Shown: in pieces, positions 1 through 11,300 of the stretch | Position numbering within the stretch: the first letter of the stretch is position 1 | How the letters are laid out: each line of letters begins with the position of its first letter | Notes under the pieces: generated by a model | The model's input: only the letters and a program-made list of their open reading frames with translations | Told to the model about the DNA's origin: nothing | Databases searched by the model: none | Virus record (IMG/VR): IMGVR_UViG_3300031867_000006 | Location: 32,001 to 96,000 of that record | Reading direction: 5' to 3' (one strand) | DNA: 64,000 nucleotides | Source of the DNA: a virus | Lineage: Duplodnaviria > Caudoviricetes | Program-made: the position numbers and the translations under genes

Positions 1-1667
1 TAATTAAATGCCGGAACCTCTGTATTCATAAGTCGCTGAATACCAGTCTCATAATCGCCAGTATAAGAGTATTTAAGATCCTCTTTAGGTTTCTTATTGA
101 GAATTATATCCTTATATTTCTCAAGATAAGCTTTATTATCGAGCAAAATATTACTCATGCTCTCTAAGAACCTAGCAATCAGCCCTTTAGCGAACTCGAT
201 GAGTTTATTCCATTTAGCTTTGATATTATCAGAAGCCTTAGCCTCAAGCATAACAGACTCTTTAACAGTAATCATACCGCCGAGAGACTGTATAAGTTTG
301 CTCTCATTAGCAATCTTATTATTAAGATACTCATTATATGCTGATTCACTCATATAAATGCTAGATCCAAATCCAGAGCCTATAAATGATTCATCAGATA
401 TAGCATACTTAGGCTTTTCTACAGCAGTCTCCTCAGATGTAGTATCATCAGGGTTATCAACCACAGTAGGATTACCGCCGAAAGGAATAACGTCTTCCGA
501 ACCTTCGAATATATTAAGGTATTTATTAACCTCTTCCTGATACTCTGCAGATTCTCTCTTGCTATCAGGGCGATAGATCTTACCAAGAGCTCCATAAAGA
601 GTAGCACGGTCCTGCTTATAGCAATCTTTTACAGCATCAAGCTTAGCCGAGAAAGCCATAGCGTGGATATTAGAGAACTCTTGAATCTGCTCACATTTAT
701 TTTTGATATATACATCAAGCTGATATAAAAACTCACTAGAGATTCCAACGCCCTTAAGCTCGGAATTATCGATCCTTGTTTTATCAGGCTCAGGGAATTT
801 CTTAACCAACTCTTCAGGAGTAAGAGCTCCGCCTCTAGAAGTAATATCTTTAATATTCTTCTCAAGATGGCGATACGCATCATCAAGCCTCTTCATTTGA
901 GCTTCGATATCTTTCTTTGTTTTAGCAAAGTCGAAATATCTGTTCTTTGCGATACGTACATAGCTTGCATCTACAGTAATTTCATCTGTATCGATTTCGC
1001 CATTGCGATAAATACGGAAGAGCTCTTCATTATACTGAGCTGATGTGATTACGTCTGTAAATCCAAGCAGTGTGGCTCTGAATTTATCATATTCTGCTTC
1101 ACGATCTAATCTCCCGATTGCTGCTTTAACCTGTTCAGCGCCGATAGCACCATTAGCATCACCGATAAGATCTTTAACAAGATCATTAGACCAGTCTAAT
1201 CCAGCATTGGGATCGGGTATGTTGGGAGAGAATGTAAATTCATATCCAGTGATTTTAAACTCGTCTGCATCTTTGAACTTATCTAAGTCTTTTTTATGCT
1301 TAGCGATATATTTATCATTGTTAACGAAGCTATTGAGTGCGTTAACGAATCTCTGATAAATAGATTTAATCCATTTAAGGAATTTCTCTATAATATCGCG
1401 GACTTTAGCGAAGAAATCACTAAAGCTTTCCAGAACAACTACATCGCTAGTAGATTCAGAGATAGCTTTATAGAGAGTCAACTTACTCTCAGTAAGATCT
1501 CTAATCTGTTCATTAACGAAATCTACTGTTCTTAGATAGTATGATTCTTCCATATCCATAGTAGTTAATTTATTAATATCTACTATAGAAGGCTGAATCT
1601 CATCATCCATAAACATTAGATCGAATGTGGAATTCGCTAATGTATTAGTAGGAATCATCGTATCCAT
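1..1667 (-). CDS. Inner-head/virion protein of a paralog family; partial (runs off window start)
   Basis: ATG at 1667 with GGAGG at 1676-1680. Hand translation MDTMIPTNTLANSTF...VVLE-SFSDFFAKVRDIIEKFLKWIKSIYQRF. A second in-frame copy of the motif (VMLE-AKASDNIKAKWNKLIEFAKGLIARF) lies near 250. Absent from the ORF track, consistent with no stop inside the window. Confidence 0.75.
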   Translation of the reverse strand, partial: MDTMIPTNTLANSTFDLMFMDDEIQPSIVDINKLTTMDMEESYYLRTVDFVNEQIRDLTESKLTLYKAISESTSDVVVLESFSDFFAKVRDIIEKFLKWIKSIYQRFVNALNSFVNNDKYIAKHKKDLDKFKDADEFKITGYEFTFSPNIPDPNAGLDWSNDLVKDLIGDANGAIGAEQVKAAIGRLDREAEYDKFRATLLGFTDVITSAQYNEELFRIYRNGEIDTDEITVDASYVRIAKNRYFDFAKTKKDIEAQMKRLDDAYRHLEKNIKDITSRGGALTPEELVKKFPEPDKTRIDNSELKGVGISSEFLYQLDVYIKNKCEQIQEFSNIHAMAFSAKLDAVKDCYKQDRATLYGALGKIYRPDSKRESAEYQEEVNKYLNIFEGSEDVIPFGGNPTVVDNPDDTTSEETAVEKPKYAISDESFIGSGFGSSIYMSESAYNEYLNNKIANESKLIQSLGGMITVKESVMLEAKASDNIKAKWNKLIEFAKGLIARFLESMSNILLDNKAYLEKYKDIILNKKPKEDLKYSYTGDYETGIQRLMNTEVPAFN

Positions 1668-1735
1668 ATGGTTTACCTCCTTAATTTTCATTAAAGAATA
1701 TTACAATTTATTGCCTTACAGCTAATAGTATCAAT

Positions 1736-1747
1736 TATTTAAATGTC
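1736..1747 (-). promoter_or_regulatory. Late-type promoter motif GACA-N6-TA
   Basis: GACATTTAAATA upstream of the 1667 start; member of a motif seen at 13 or more gene heads. Confidence 0.6.
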
Positions 1748-1770
1748 TTAACTCTAAAGCAATAAATGCA

Positions 1771-1797
1771 AGGCTACGCTATTACTAGCGTAGCCCT
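1771..1797. terminator. Intrinsic terminator-like hairpin
   Basis: GGCTACGCTA-ttac-TAGCGTAGCC after the stop of 1852..2889. Confidence 0.65.
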
Positions 1798-1851
1798 ACA
1801 CTAAGTCTTATTTAAAACTGTTTATTGTATCCAGTTTGGTGCTTGGATAAA

Positions 1852-2889
1852 TTATGCGAAGTCAACCATATCGAAGATGTTAGTAGACTCGCTGACTGTA
1901 GCAGCCTCTTCCTTCTTCTTGTATGACATAACCTTTACGCAGATAGCCTTAGCCTGGCGATTAGCTTCTTTATGAGCGTTCGTAAGAGCGCCAAATGCAA
2001 CAGTAAGATCGTTAGAGTATGCCTTCCAAATCTTAATAGAGTTATTAACATGCTTCTGTACATTATCTGCCTTGCCGGAAAGCTTGTCGTCAGCCTCCAT
2101 AGCTTTAGCTGTAACACCCTTATTGTACTCTGAAGCAACCTTATCAAGAGCCTTGATATATTCATCGATCTTCTTAATAATATCCTTTTCCTGCTTTTCA
2201 ACGGTCTTAATAGAATCTTTAGTGCCCTTGATAGTTGTAAGAGCTGTACGTACATCAGCAGAAGAAACTTCGAAAGATTCCTTATCGCCGTAAAGCTCTT
2301 CTTTCAGTGCATCACGGAACTCAGACTCATCCATGCGACCTTTATTTGCTCCGATGATAGCACCACGCCTGGATTCAATTGAAGCATCAATATCTTCATT
2401 AGATCTCTTATCTTCATCTTCATCAGCTGTCGGATTAGTAGGAACATGAACATCTTTAATGCTGAATGTTACATTCATAAGCTTCTTGTAGCCGTTGAAC
2501 TCAAAGTCCTTAAGATTGCCAGCGTTACGAAGAATATCCTTCTCGTACTTCTTAATGAAGTCCTTATCTTTCATGGTGAAAGATCCGATAGTAGCAACAA
2601 ACTTCTTGAAGATAGACTTAATCTTCTCAATAACCTTCTGGAAGAAAGCTTTAACCTTCTCAATGAAGCCCTTGAATGCACCAGCCTCCTGAACAAAGAG
2701 GGAAGCATGATTCTCATTGTAGTACTTCAGCTCAGAGATGCCAACTGCACGCATAAGAGAATTGTAGTTGCACTCGTTCTCCCAAACATGCATAAGAGCT
2801 CCGCCGATACCCAGATCGTACTGACTCTCGCTTACTCCTTCAAGGCTGTAAAGTGCAGAATTCGACTCAAAATTTGTATCGAAAATCAT
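1852..2889 (-). CDS. Inner-head/virion protein, paralog family
   Basis: 345 aa, RBS; VQE-AGAFKGFIEKVKAFFQKVIEKIKSIFKKF amphipathic helix shared with neighbours. Confidence 0.7.
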   Translation of the reverse strand: MIFDTNFESNSALYSLEGVSESQYDLGIGGALMHVWENECNYNSLMRAVGISELKYYNENHASLFVQEAGAFKGFIEKVKAFFQKVIEKIKSIFKKFVATIGSFTMKDKDFIKKYEKDILRNAGNLKDFEFNGYKKLMNVTFSIKDVHVPTNPTADEDEDKRSNEDIDASIESRRGAIIGANKGRMDESEFRDALKEELYGDKESFEVSSADVRTALTTIKGTKDSIKTVEKQEKDIIKKIDEYIKALDKVASEYNKGVTAKAMEADDKLSGKADNVQKHVNNSIKIWKAYSNDLTVAFGALTNAHKEANRQAKAICVKVMSYKKKEEAATVSESTNIFDMVDFA

Positions 2890-2910
2890 ATCTATTTACC
2901 TCCTTAAATA

Positions 2911-4110
2911 TTAATAGAACAACTCGCCAAAGAATGCAGACTCTTTGCCGTTGTAATCGGTGTCAACGGTACCGTCAACCTTATCCTTCTCGTACTTCTC
3001 AACCTGACCCTTCTTCTCACCCTTAGCATAGTCAGCTACGTTCTTATCAGGATCGTCAGAAACATCACCGTCTTTAACGTTCTCACTAGCTACGGAAGAA
3101 GCTCCGATATCAGTAGCGTCAGCATTGGAATCGATAGCGCCCTGGATGACATCCTCAACTTCCTGCTCTGCAGCCTCAGCTACAGCATCAAGGAATTCAA
3201 CCTGCTCCTCAAGCTTCTTATCGTTAGCAGCAACCGCCTTCATGAATGCAGCTTTATTCTGCTTATATTCCGCTTTCGTCTTCTCTCCAACAACCTGGAA
3301 ATACTTAAGTGAAGCGGTCTGGAATGCAGATGCCATATCATAAGCCTTATTAGCCTCATCAATCTTGCTCTGTTCTGCACCAGATTTAGCAAGATCATTA
3401 GCCTTCTTATCAGCATCCTTAACAGCCTTATCACAAGCCTTGATAGCGTCCTTCTCTTTCTTTTCGGCATCCTTCGTATTCTTAGCAGAATCCTTGAGGA
3501 AGTTAATAACTCCACGAATACCGTTAACCTCAGAAAGCTTTACGGTTTCCTCATCATCAAGGAATGCGTCAAGGTTGGCATCCTCAAGTGAGCAGCTCAG
3601 GAAGTGCTCAACTCTCTTATCAGACTCAGAATCCCAGCCGTTAGCTGTTCCGCAGTCGCCTTCGTTTGTAAGACTGAAACCGCCTTTAGCCTTGCGCCAC
3701 TTAACCTCGAGTTTATCGATGTTAGTCTTGCGAAGAACCTCCGCCTCATATTTCTTGATAAGTTCCTTATCCTTCATATAAAGACCATTGATCTTGCTCA
3801 TGAAGTTATGGAAGATAGCCTTGATCTTTGCGATAAGCTTCTCAAAGAGAGACTTGATCTTAGCCCAAATACCCTTAACGGAAGCTTCCTGAAGTGCCTG
3901 CATTTCGCCTTCACGAACAACGCCGTTAGCAGATTCATTGATCTTGCATGCAGCAGCTTCAACTCTGATCATTGCGTTGAACATCTTAAAATCATTGCGT
4001 GCGCCCTCTACCAATGCAAGAGCAGCACCGTATGAATTGTTATAACTTTCGTCCATCGGAATAGCAGATGCGCCACCATTCAGACTTGTGAAATCATTAT
4101 CAAAAATCAT
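2911..4110 (-). CDS. Inner-head/virion protein, paralog family
   Basis: 399 aa; same MIFD start and LQE-ASVKGIWAKIKSLFEKLIAKIKAIFHNF motif. Confidence 0.7.
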   Translation of the reverse strand: MIFDNDFTSLNGGASAIPMDESYNNSYGAALALVEGARNDFKMFNAMIRVEAAACKINESANGVVREGEMQALQEASVKGIWAKIKSLFEKLIAKIKAIFHNFMSKINGLYMKDKELIKKYEAEVLRKTNIDKLEVKWRKAKGGFSLTNEGDCGTANGWDSESDKRVEHFLSCSLEDANLDAFLDDEETVKLSEVNGIRGVINFLKDSAKNTKDAEKKEKDAIKACDKAVKDADKKANDLAKSGAEQSKIDEANKAYDMASAFQTASLKYFQVVGEKTKAEYKQNKAAFMKAVAANDKKLEEQVEFLDAVAEAAEQEVEDVIQGAIDSNADATDIGASSVASENVKDGDVSDDPDKNVADYAKGEKKGQVEKYEKDKVDGTVDTDYNGKESAFFGELFY

Positions 4111-4201
4111 ACTGAATTTACCTCCTTATAATTTTTAGAGTTTTTCTCTTTTTATAAACAGATTTTTATAAGGAATCAAAGGCAGTTGTTCCTTACAAAT
4201 T

Positions 4202-4213
4202 TACATATATGTT
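4202..4213 (-). promoter_or_regulatory. Late-type promoter AACA-N6-TA
   Basis: AACATATATGTA upstream of 4110. Confidence 0.6.
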
Positions 4214-4220
4214 ATAGAAC

Positions 4221-5357
4221 CTAAAAGAGAATAGAGTTTGCTGAATCAGGGATGGAGTCAAGAACTTCATCCTGTTTATATTTCTTAGAGTCAAGCTTTT
4301 TGATTTCACTCTCAGCTTTCTTCTCGCCAGTTCTAGTTTCAACCTTAATACCATTGGAGATCTTCTTAAAGAAATCAGCAACCTTACGCTGCTTCTTAGC
4401 AACCTCTTTTTTGTCTTTAATGTCTTTTGCAAGGTTATTCTCTATATTATATGCGTTCATCTGCAACAATGTAGCCTGCGCATCAAAGTAGTTGGCTACC
4501 TTGCTGCGGCTATAATAAAAGAAAAATATTAATTCTCGGATAATAGGAATAATCAGTAATATTAATCCAAGCGATACTGCAATGCTACTTGCGGTAAACG
4601 CCACCCCATATCCAACAAAGTTCTTAGATCCTTTAGCAGCATTCTGTTGCATAACAAAATCCATAGCCTTATCGAATTCACCGGAGGCACAGATCTTATT
4701 GAACTTTGCCAGATCTCTGAATAACAGATTATCCTTAGTCTTAGCAAGTCCTGCTCTATCTACTGCAATTTCAAATCCTTCATCGTCAGGAGCTTTAATG
4801 AATTCAATACAACTACTAATCATAAAGGATACAGAGCTAACTATAGAAAGAGCTATTGTATTGTAGATGATGATGGGCATCTGCACATTCAAAGCATAAG
4901 CTTTTTCGAACATGTCCTTACGATCAATCAGATTCTGAAGACTTAAGCTTACCGTGTTAATGCTATCCAACGGCTGGTTATAGTTCTGCAGAATGTCGGT
5001 AATGATATTAATGCAATCTACCAGTTTGTCGTAACTGTCGATCTTAGTTATATCACCTCTAGACATAGGAATCGTGCCGAAATCTATGTCATCCACCTTA
5101 TCTACAATGTGCTTGTACAGCTTATTAGATAACGAAGTCATCACCACATTTTGATCGTTTTCATTTACAGTCAATAACACCTTCCGTGTCATCTCATCTT
5201 CCACAGAAAAGTATTTCATCGCCTCATTAAACTGACGGGATCTGTATATGGAATCGTAGTCAATATCATCCCTAGTGGTAGAGGCTTCGTCAAGCATATA
5301 GCCTGTAAAGTCAACAGCTTCTTCAGCTACCTGTTTAGGTTCATATGTAGTAACCAT
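4221..5357 (-). CDS. Hypothetical (probable virion) protein with a hydrophobic helix
   Basis: 378 aa, RBS; hydrophobic segment IAVSLGLILLIIPIIRELIFFFY. Confidence 0.7.
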   Translation of the reverse strand: MVTTYEPKQVAEEAVDFTGYMLDEASTTRDDIDYDSIYRSRQFNEAMKYFSVEDEMTRKVLLTVNENDQNVVMTSLSNKLYKHIVDKVDDIDFGTIPMSRGDITKIDSYDKLVDCINIITDILQNYNQPLDSINTVSLSLQNLIDRKDMFEKAYALNVQMPIIIYNTIALSIVSSVSFMISSCIEFIKAPDDEGFEIAVDRAGLAKTKDNLLFRDLAKFNKICASGEFDKAMDFVMQQNAAKGSKNFVGYGVAFTASSIAVSLGLILLIIPIIRELIFFFYYSRSKVANYFDAQATLLQMNAYNIENNLAKDIKDKKEVAKKQRKVADFFKKISNGIKVETRTGEKKAESEIKKLDSKKYKQDEVLDSIPDSANSILF

Positions 5358-5379
5358 TGCTCAGTGATCCTCCTTTCCA

Positions 5380-6693
5380 CTATCGATTTATCTTACTCAT
5401 TAAGTTAACAACTTTCTTATATGAGGAGTCCTTAGCCTCCTTCTCAAGTGCATCATAAGTGATGGTCTCGTAAGTACTGTCACCATCATCAAATAAGAAT
5501 TTAGCGATCTCAAGTGTTTCATCGCAAATAACAATATCCATAAGATTAAATTTATCCAGAATTGATCTGGTTACATGGCTCTTGTCCATATCAACGTCGT
5601 TATATTTCTTAAGATATTCAACCTCATCCTGAGACATCACAAGTGATGTAATGGGTGAAGCATCATTTCTCTTAAGCAGCGTCATGAATTTGTTCATAGT
5701 GGCTCTTCTTTCAAGAACCTTGAACATCTTCGCATTATTCGAATCACTAGCCATGTTGATGGCGTCAATCTTAGCTTTATCGATTGCAAATGCTAAATCC
5801 TTGAAGAATGAAATCTCTCTTGTTGATGCTCTCACAAGGTTAAATAAACTGTTCGAGTCCTTATATTTAGATACCACCCTATTTATAATTTCCATTGACT
5901 CTACTAAGTACATTTTTGCCTTGATACCAACAACTGCCATCTGATTGATAGCGTTACCATCCTTCGTGTAGATGAAGTTAATCTGCATCATAGTGGGCAT
6001 AAGTTCATTAGCCTTATCAAGCTGAGGCTGTGTCAATTGCTGCTTCAGGAAATCTGAAGTATCTTTATTGTATCTGGCATGATCTGTACCAAACCTAGTC
6101 GGCACAGTGCCCCTCGTATGCATAGGCATTCTCACACCCATGGGGGCTTCCGTCATAAGTTCTACGCTGGATTCACCATAAGCATTCTTGGTAATCTTAA
6201 AATCGTTAATTGAAGTCTCGTTATATACCTCATCGAGATAAAAGTTAAGATTCTTCATATCCTCTTTAACTATCTCGAAGGCATCACGATCTGTAATAGT
6301 AATTCCAGACTCCAATGCATCGATCTTATCCAGTGCATCAATTAGATCACTTAATCCATATCCCTTACGGAGATCCAGATTATTATGGAACTGGCTAATA
6401 TAGCCATCCAATGTATCTTTATCAGAAAACTGTATAGAATTGAATAAAAGCTGCATAAGTGAAGCACACTTACGTTCAACGGCTTTATTAACAATCATAG
6501 CAGTCTGATAACTAATTGAATCCGATACTAATACCGGAAATACCAAAACCAGATTGGAAGCTCGGCGAGCTATAGATCCAGTACTATTTCTTTTATTGAT
6601 CCAATCAACCTGGTCAAAATCTTTGACGCTAGTAATAACGTCATAAATGTCTCGCACAATCGTTTCGTGCAGTCTTTGACACTCGTTCATCAC
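5380..6693 (-). CDS. Hypothetical protein, probably structural
   Basis: 437 aa ORF with RBS and late-type promoter at 6717-6728. Confidence 0.7.
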   Translation of the reverse strand: MMNECQRLHETIVRDIYDVITSVKDFDQVDWINKRNSTGSIARRASNLVLVFPVLVSDSISYQTAMIVNKAVERKCASLMQLLFNSIQFSDKDTLDGYISQFHNNLDLRKGYGLSDLIDALDKIDALESGITITDRDAFEIVKEDMKNLNFYLDEVYNETSINDFKITKNAYGESSVELMTEAPMGVRMPMHTRGTVPTRFGTDHARYNKDTSDFLKQQLTQPQLDKANELMPTMMQINFIYTKDGNAINQMAVVGIKAKMYLVESMEIINRVVSKYKDSNSLFNLVRASTREISFFKDLAFAIDKAKIDAINMASDSNNAKMFKVLERRATMNKFMTLLKRNDASPITSLVMSQDEVEYLKKYNDVDMDKSHVTRSILDKFNLMDIVICDETLEIAKFLFDDGDSTYETITYDALEKEAKDSSYKKVVNLMSKINR

Positions 6694-6716
6694 GTAACCT
6701 CCTTCTGGTTAGACTT

Positions 6717-6728
6717 TAATAATATGTT
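6717..6728 (-). promoter_or_regulatory. Late-type promoter AACA-N6-TA
   Basis: AACATATTATTA. Confidence 0.6.
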
Positions 6729-6804
6729 TAATCGCAAAAAATAATAAAGTTATATAATTTATCTTATTTTTAAGCCAAAAAATAAAGAGACGAATAAAGA
6801 ACTT

Positions 6805-7002
6805 TTAATTTTTTATTCCTACAATAGCTTTTGCATATGCTTCGTTTTCGGTTCCCTTATATTTATTAACAAATTCCAACTTAGCTTCTAATGACTCTAA
6901 TACATATTTCTTACGAAAGCTGACTTTTGCAGCTGCTCTGCATCTAGCCTTTTCATAGTCCTCTTGTATATAGTCATATTCACTTGGTATTACGAACTCC
7001 AT
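6805..7002 (-). CDS. Small hypothetical protein
   Basis: 65 aa, AGGAGG RBS, early-type motif at 7127-7139. Confidence 0.7.
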   Translation of the reverse strand: MEFVIPSEYDYIQEDYEKARCRAAAKVSFRKKYVLESLEAKLEFVNKYKGTENEAYAKAIVGIKN

Positions 7003-7126
7003 TGTTGATTATCCTCCTACACGTTAAAAGTTTCTATATGCTATCATAGTGCTACTATAATGCTATACAAAAAATGTGGAGTAGAGATAATCCTTTGGAC
7101 TCCGTCTCTTTATCTCTTTACAGTAC

Positions 7127-7139
7127 TATAGTATGCAAT
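7127..7139 (-). promoter_or_regulatory. Early-type promoter motif ATTGCATACTATA
   Basis: Matches RTTRYATAHTATA seen at 8 accessory-gene heads. Confidence 0.55.
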
Positions 7140-7176
7140 TGAAATTATTATTAACCCAGTAATAGTCTAATCCAAA

Positions 7177-7188
7177 AACATTTATATA
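7177..7188 (+). promoter_or_regulatory. Late-type promoter AACA-N6-TA
   Basis: AACATTTATATA upstream of 7208. Confidence 0.6.
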
Positions 7189-7207
7189 ATTTATACGAAA
7201 GGAGGGA

Positions 7208-8302
7208 ATGAGGCGGTTTATGGCTACCAATATGAATCCTTTAGATGGAAGCAAAGAAACCAGAGGTAAGAAATCTTACACAAAAACTGGCGATATCGGA
7301 AAGTCCAGAACTTTCGAAATTAAGAATATCGGCGAAGTGATGGCTGCTAATAGATTATTCAAGAGATCTGAAATACAGATGTATAATAAGTTCTCTAGAT
7401 ATGGATTCATCAATCCATATGATAATGAGCAGTATCTCAGAGAATATCTATTCTTTACCAGACCGGATCTGAATCTATTAGCCGGCAAAAATAAATTAGC
7501 TTGCAAGGCTTATAAGACTGCTGGTGAAAATAGTACTAGAAGCCTTGAAGATATTCCTTATTTTGTGGATATGCTTAACAAGCAGTATTATACTCTGCTA
7601 TCTCTGCAGAGTTCTATGACTGATTTAAAGACTCCATTTATAAATCTACTCACTAATACATCTAGCTCTAGATTAGATCTTCCTGAGATTAACGCAGAAT
7701 CTCATGAGACTACCTCTAACATAATGGGATATACTATGAGTACAAGAGGTCACAGTCTTAAATCCGGAGTTGGATTTGATTTTAATTTGCAATTTAACGA
7801 CACGGCATATTTAGAGGTTTATAATCTGGCTAAAATTTATGATACTTATGTAAATATGTGTAGAGTCGGCGAGCATACTAATAAGAAGGATTATATCACT
7901 AATGGTATTGATCCTATACAGTTCTCTATATATAAGTTCTTAGTCGGTCAGGATGGCGAAACCATTATGTACTATGCTAAGATCACTGGAGTATATATAA
8001 ATAACGTCCCAAGAGGCGATATGTCTGATCCAACAGACTTTGGTAAGATTAGTTTAGGGTTCCATGGGTTCGATGTAGATGATTCTAACCCTGCTATACT
8101 TGGAGAGTTTAACTCTTTAGTTGGTAAATATCTTAATGGTACTAAAGAAGCTATGACCATGTTATATTCCCATGGAGGCGTAAACAATGATTGGGCTTGG
8201 CTTCCTTACGTAACTAGGAATATGGATGCTAGATCTAAGAGAAGAGCTCCCAAAGGATCTGAAAATACAAACTATGATTACAGACTTAAATGGATAAAAT
8301 AA
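7208..8302 (+). CDS. Probable baseplate/tail-tube-like virion protein
   Basis: 364 aa; YLFFTRPDLNL motif typical of jumbo-phage structural proteins; directly upstream of the wedge gene. Confidence 0.5.
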   Translation: MRRFMATNMNPLDGSKETRGKKSYTKTGDIGKSRTFEIKNIGEVMAANRLFKRSEIQMYNKFSRYGFINPYDNEQYLREYLFFTRPDLNLLAGKNKLACKAYKTAGENSTRSLEDIPYFVDMLNKQYYTLLSLQSSMTDLKTPFINLLTNTSSSRLDLPEINAESHETTSNIMGYTMSTRGHSLKSGVGFDFNLQFNDTAYLEVYNLAKIYDTYVNMCRVGEHTNKKDYITNGIDPIQFSIYKFLVGQDGETIMYYAKITGVYINNVPRGDMSDPTDFGKISLGFHGFDVDDSNPAILGEFNSLVGKYLNGTKEAMTMLYSHGGVNNDWAWLPYVTRNMDARSKRRAPKGSENTNYDYRLKWIK

Positions 8303-8323
8303 ACAGAAAGGAGTATAATTTGA

Positions 8324-11300
8324 ATGGCATCAACAAATACTAATACAAATAGTAATGTATTGACCACGGATATATATGAGATTGCTGATTTCATTGATAC
8401 TATAAGAAGCAATACTATATCCGAAGTCGACGCAACTGCTGCTATGGTTGGTATATTCGGTTATATGTCTGAAGTTCATTCGCAATCATTACAAGATGTA
8501 TTAATTAAGATATCTGAGACTAGTAATGAAGCTATCGCTACCAGAGCTAAGTTCTCTAAGAATATATTAGCTCATGCTATGAACGCTGCTATAACAGATA
8601 TTAATAGTCATCCTGCGATGATGACAATGATGATATATTTACCGATTGATTATATGATGCAGAACCTCGCATCATACGATAGCATTACAGGTAAATCTAC
8701 ATTCATTTTAAGCCATGAAGTACCATTTAATATAGATGATCATGAGTTCCATTTAGATTATGATGTAATAATCAATAGAACTCGTAATTCATCTGGTACT
8801 TATGTATATACAGCGATGTATGATCTGTTTGAACCTGGAACTACGCAGATTAAACAGCGCAATTCTATATCAAATATATCCAACCCTTATATCACTACTA
8901 TAATTCAGACTACTGTAGATAGTGAAGATTATGTAGCTTTCTCAGCAAGACTTCATCAGGTTAAGCTTGATGTTATCGAGAAGGATATCCTTACAGATAC
9001 AGATATCGAGAATAAAGCTATCACTTTTGAATTCGATAATCAGCTCGCTACATTTGATGTAGATGTTGTTGAGTCTGATGGTACTGTTAGACATCTGACG
9101 CCAATATATGCTGGTCTGCTTGATTATACAGTTGAGGATGGTCAGTGGTGCTACTATGAATATATAACTGAAAATTGCATAAGAATCCTCTTTTCCAGAG
9201 ATAGCTACATTCCAGGCCTCAACGCAACCGTTAAAGTTAACGTACAGATCTCTGAAGGCTCCGGAGGTAACTTCACTTATACTACTAATTTTAGGACTGC
9301 ACTTAAATCAGATACATATGATAACTATAATGGTATGTATGCTCTTATCTATCCACTTATGAATGGTATTTCAAATGGTGGTAAAGATAAGAAGTCTGTT
9401 GCTGATCTTAAGAAGATTATCCCTAGAGAAACCTCCTCTAGAGGCAGCGTTATTAATACTACTGATTTAAATAACTTCTTCAATAGTATTAATGATAATA
9501 ATACCCATCTGTACTTTTACAAGAAAAAGGATAATCCTTTTGAGAGATTGTACTATACTTATCTCATTATGAAGAAGAGAGACGTGGTATTTCCGACGAA
9601 TACATTGGATCTTAAGATTCAGCAGTCTGACTTTAAGAAAGACTCAGAGAATAATAATCTTATTATTACTCCTGGAACGGTATTTTATTATTATGATCAT
9701 GGTAGTGATTACTTGAATGATTATTGTACAGTGGTTCCACCTGAGTATGAGGAAGGCTTAGATCCTGAGCAGTATCCATATCCAATGGTTAAGAACGCCG
9801 ATGGTCAGCTTGTTAGAGTATTCGAATATGTAAGTCCTTTCTTAATGACTATAGATGATGATTTAATTATATCTTATCTCTTTACAGTAATGAATGAGAA
9901 TAAGACCTTTAAGTTTGAATCTATTAATACAGCTTCAGACACCCAGTTTATTGCTACTAATATGGATTGGACTCGGAAGTACGTATATAAAGATGAGAAT
10001 GGCAATGAGCAGTTCTATGAATATAAATACAATATGAAGATGGATCTGCTGATGAATACAAATCAGACAGATTATAAACTCTGTACTGTAGATACTGACG
10101 CTAACGGTAATAAGTTTATCTCAGATTGTAGAGTTAAAGTTATTATGGTTCTTTATGCTGATTCTACCGATAGGCATCCTTACAGATATCTTGAAGGTTA
10201 TATTACTGAGTATGATGATCTCGAAGGCATCTTCACGTTTAGTTTTGATCTTGATACTGATGATATGATGGATAGTAATAATAGAATTAATATTCTTAAT
10301 ATTTATAATGCTAAACCTGAAGCATACCAGAAAGTTGATTCTATGGAATCATCCCATGGTTATCTTAGCAAGAATACATTTGCTAAGATTTATATATTAG
10401 CAGATTTCGGATTAAGAGCTGGTGATGAAGTTGATGGTGTAGAGATCGATGAGGATGAAGAAACTATTGTACTCTTTGGAGATGATGGTATTGGTAATCG
10501 TACAGAAATAGAGAATATTGTTCCTACAAAGCAGGATCTTATAGATGAGTTCCTTAGGAATGAAATCTATTATGATGAAGATGGCAATCAAATTAACGTT
10601 ATCTCTATTATGAGATCAAAACCTGAGTATATGGAGGAAGTCTTCTTATATAATGGTAATGAGATTGCGACTACATCGGCTATACTGAGATATCTCCGTA
10701 ATAACCAGAATTCAGACTTTGTACAGAATGTGCTTCTGCAGGATGAGTATTCTAAGCTCGTAATAGAGTCTTACAACTTTATTGATTTGGCTAGATATAC
10801 ACTCTGTAATGTATTATCTGTAGATGGTGGTATAGACTTCTACCATGATTATTCTAAGATTATGACAGGTGTAGTCAATATCGCTAAAGTTAATAGAGTA
10901 GATATTCAGGGTAATCCTGTATATAAGGCAATTCCTAGATCAGATTCTTATGGTAATCCTTATAATGAATACAAACCTCTCTATGTAACCAATGATGATG
11001 GAACTCCGTTCTATAATTATACCATTAGTAGAATTCCTATGATAAAGAATGGGTTCCTTGTATCAGAAGCAGATGTACAGGAGTTTATTTTTGATATAGA
11101 AGAGCGTCGTAAATACATAGAAGAGTGTATGCTGGTTCTTGAGGATACATTTGGATTGGACTTCAAGTTTGTTAATACATATGGACCTTCTAAGAGATTC
11201 TATTATATTCTTCCTAACGAGAAGTCTTACTACGCTACGGCTATACTTAAGAGGGTATATATCTATAACAATACAGATGCTGAAGAGAAGATTGACGCAT

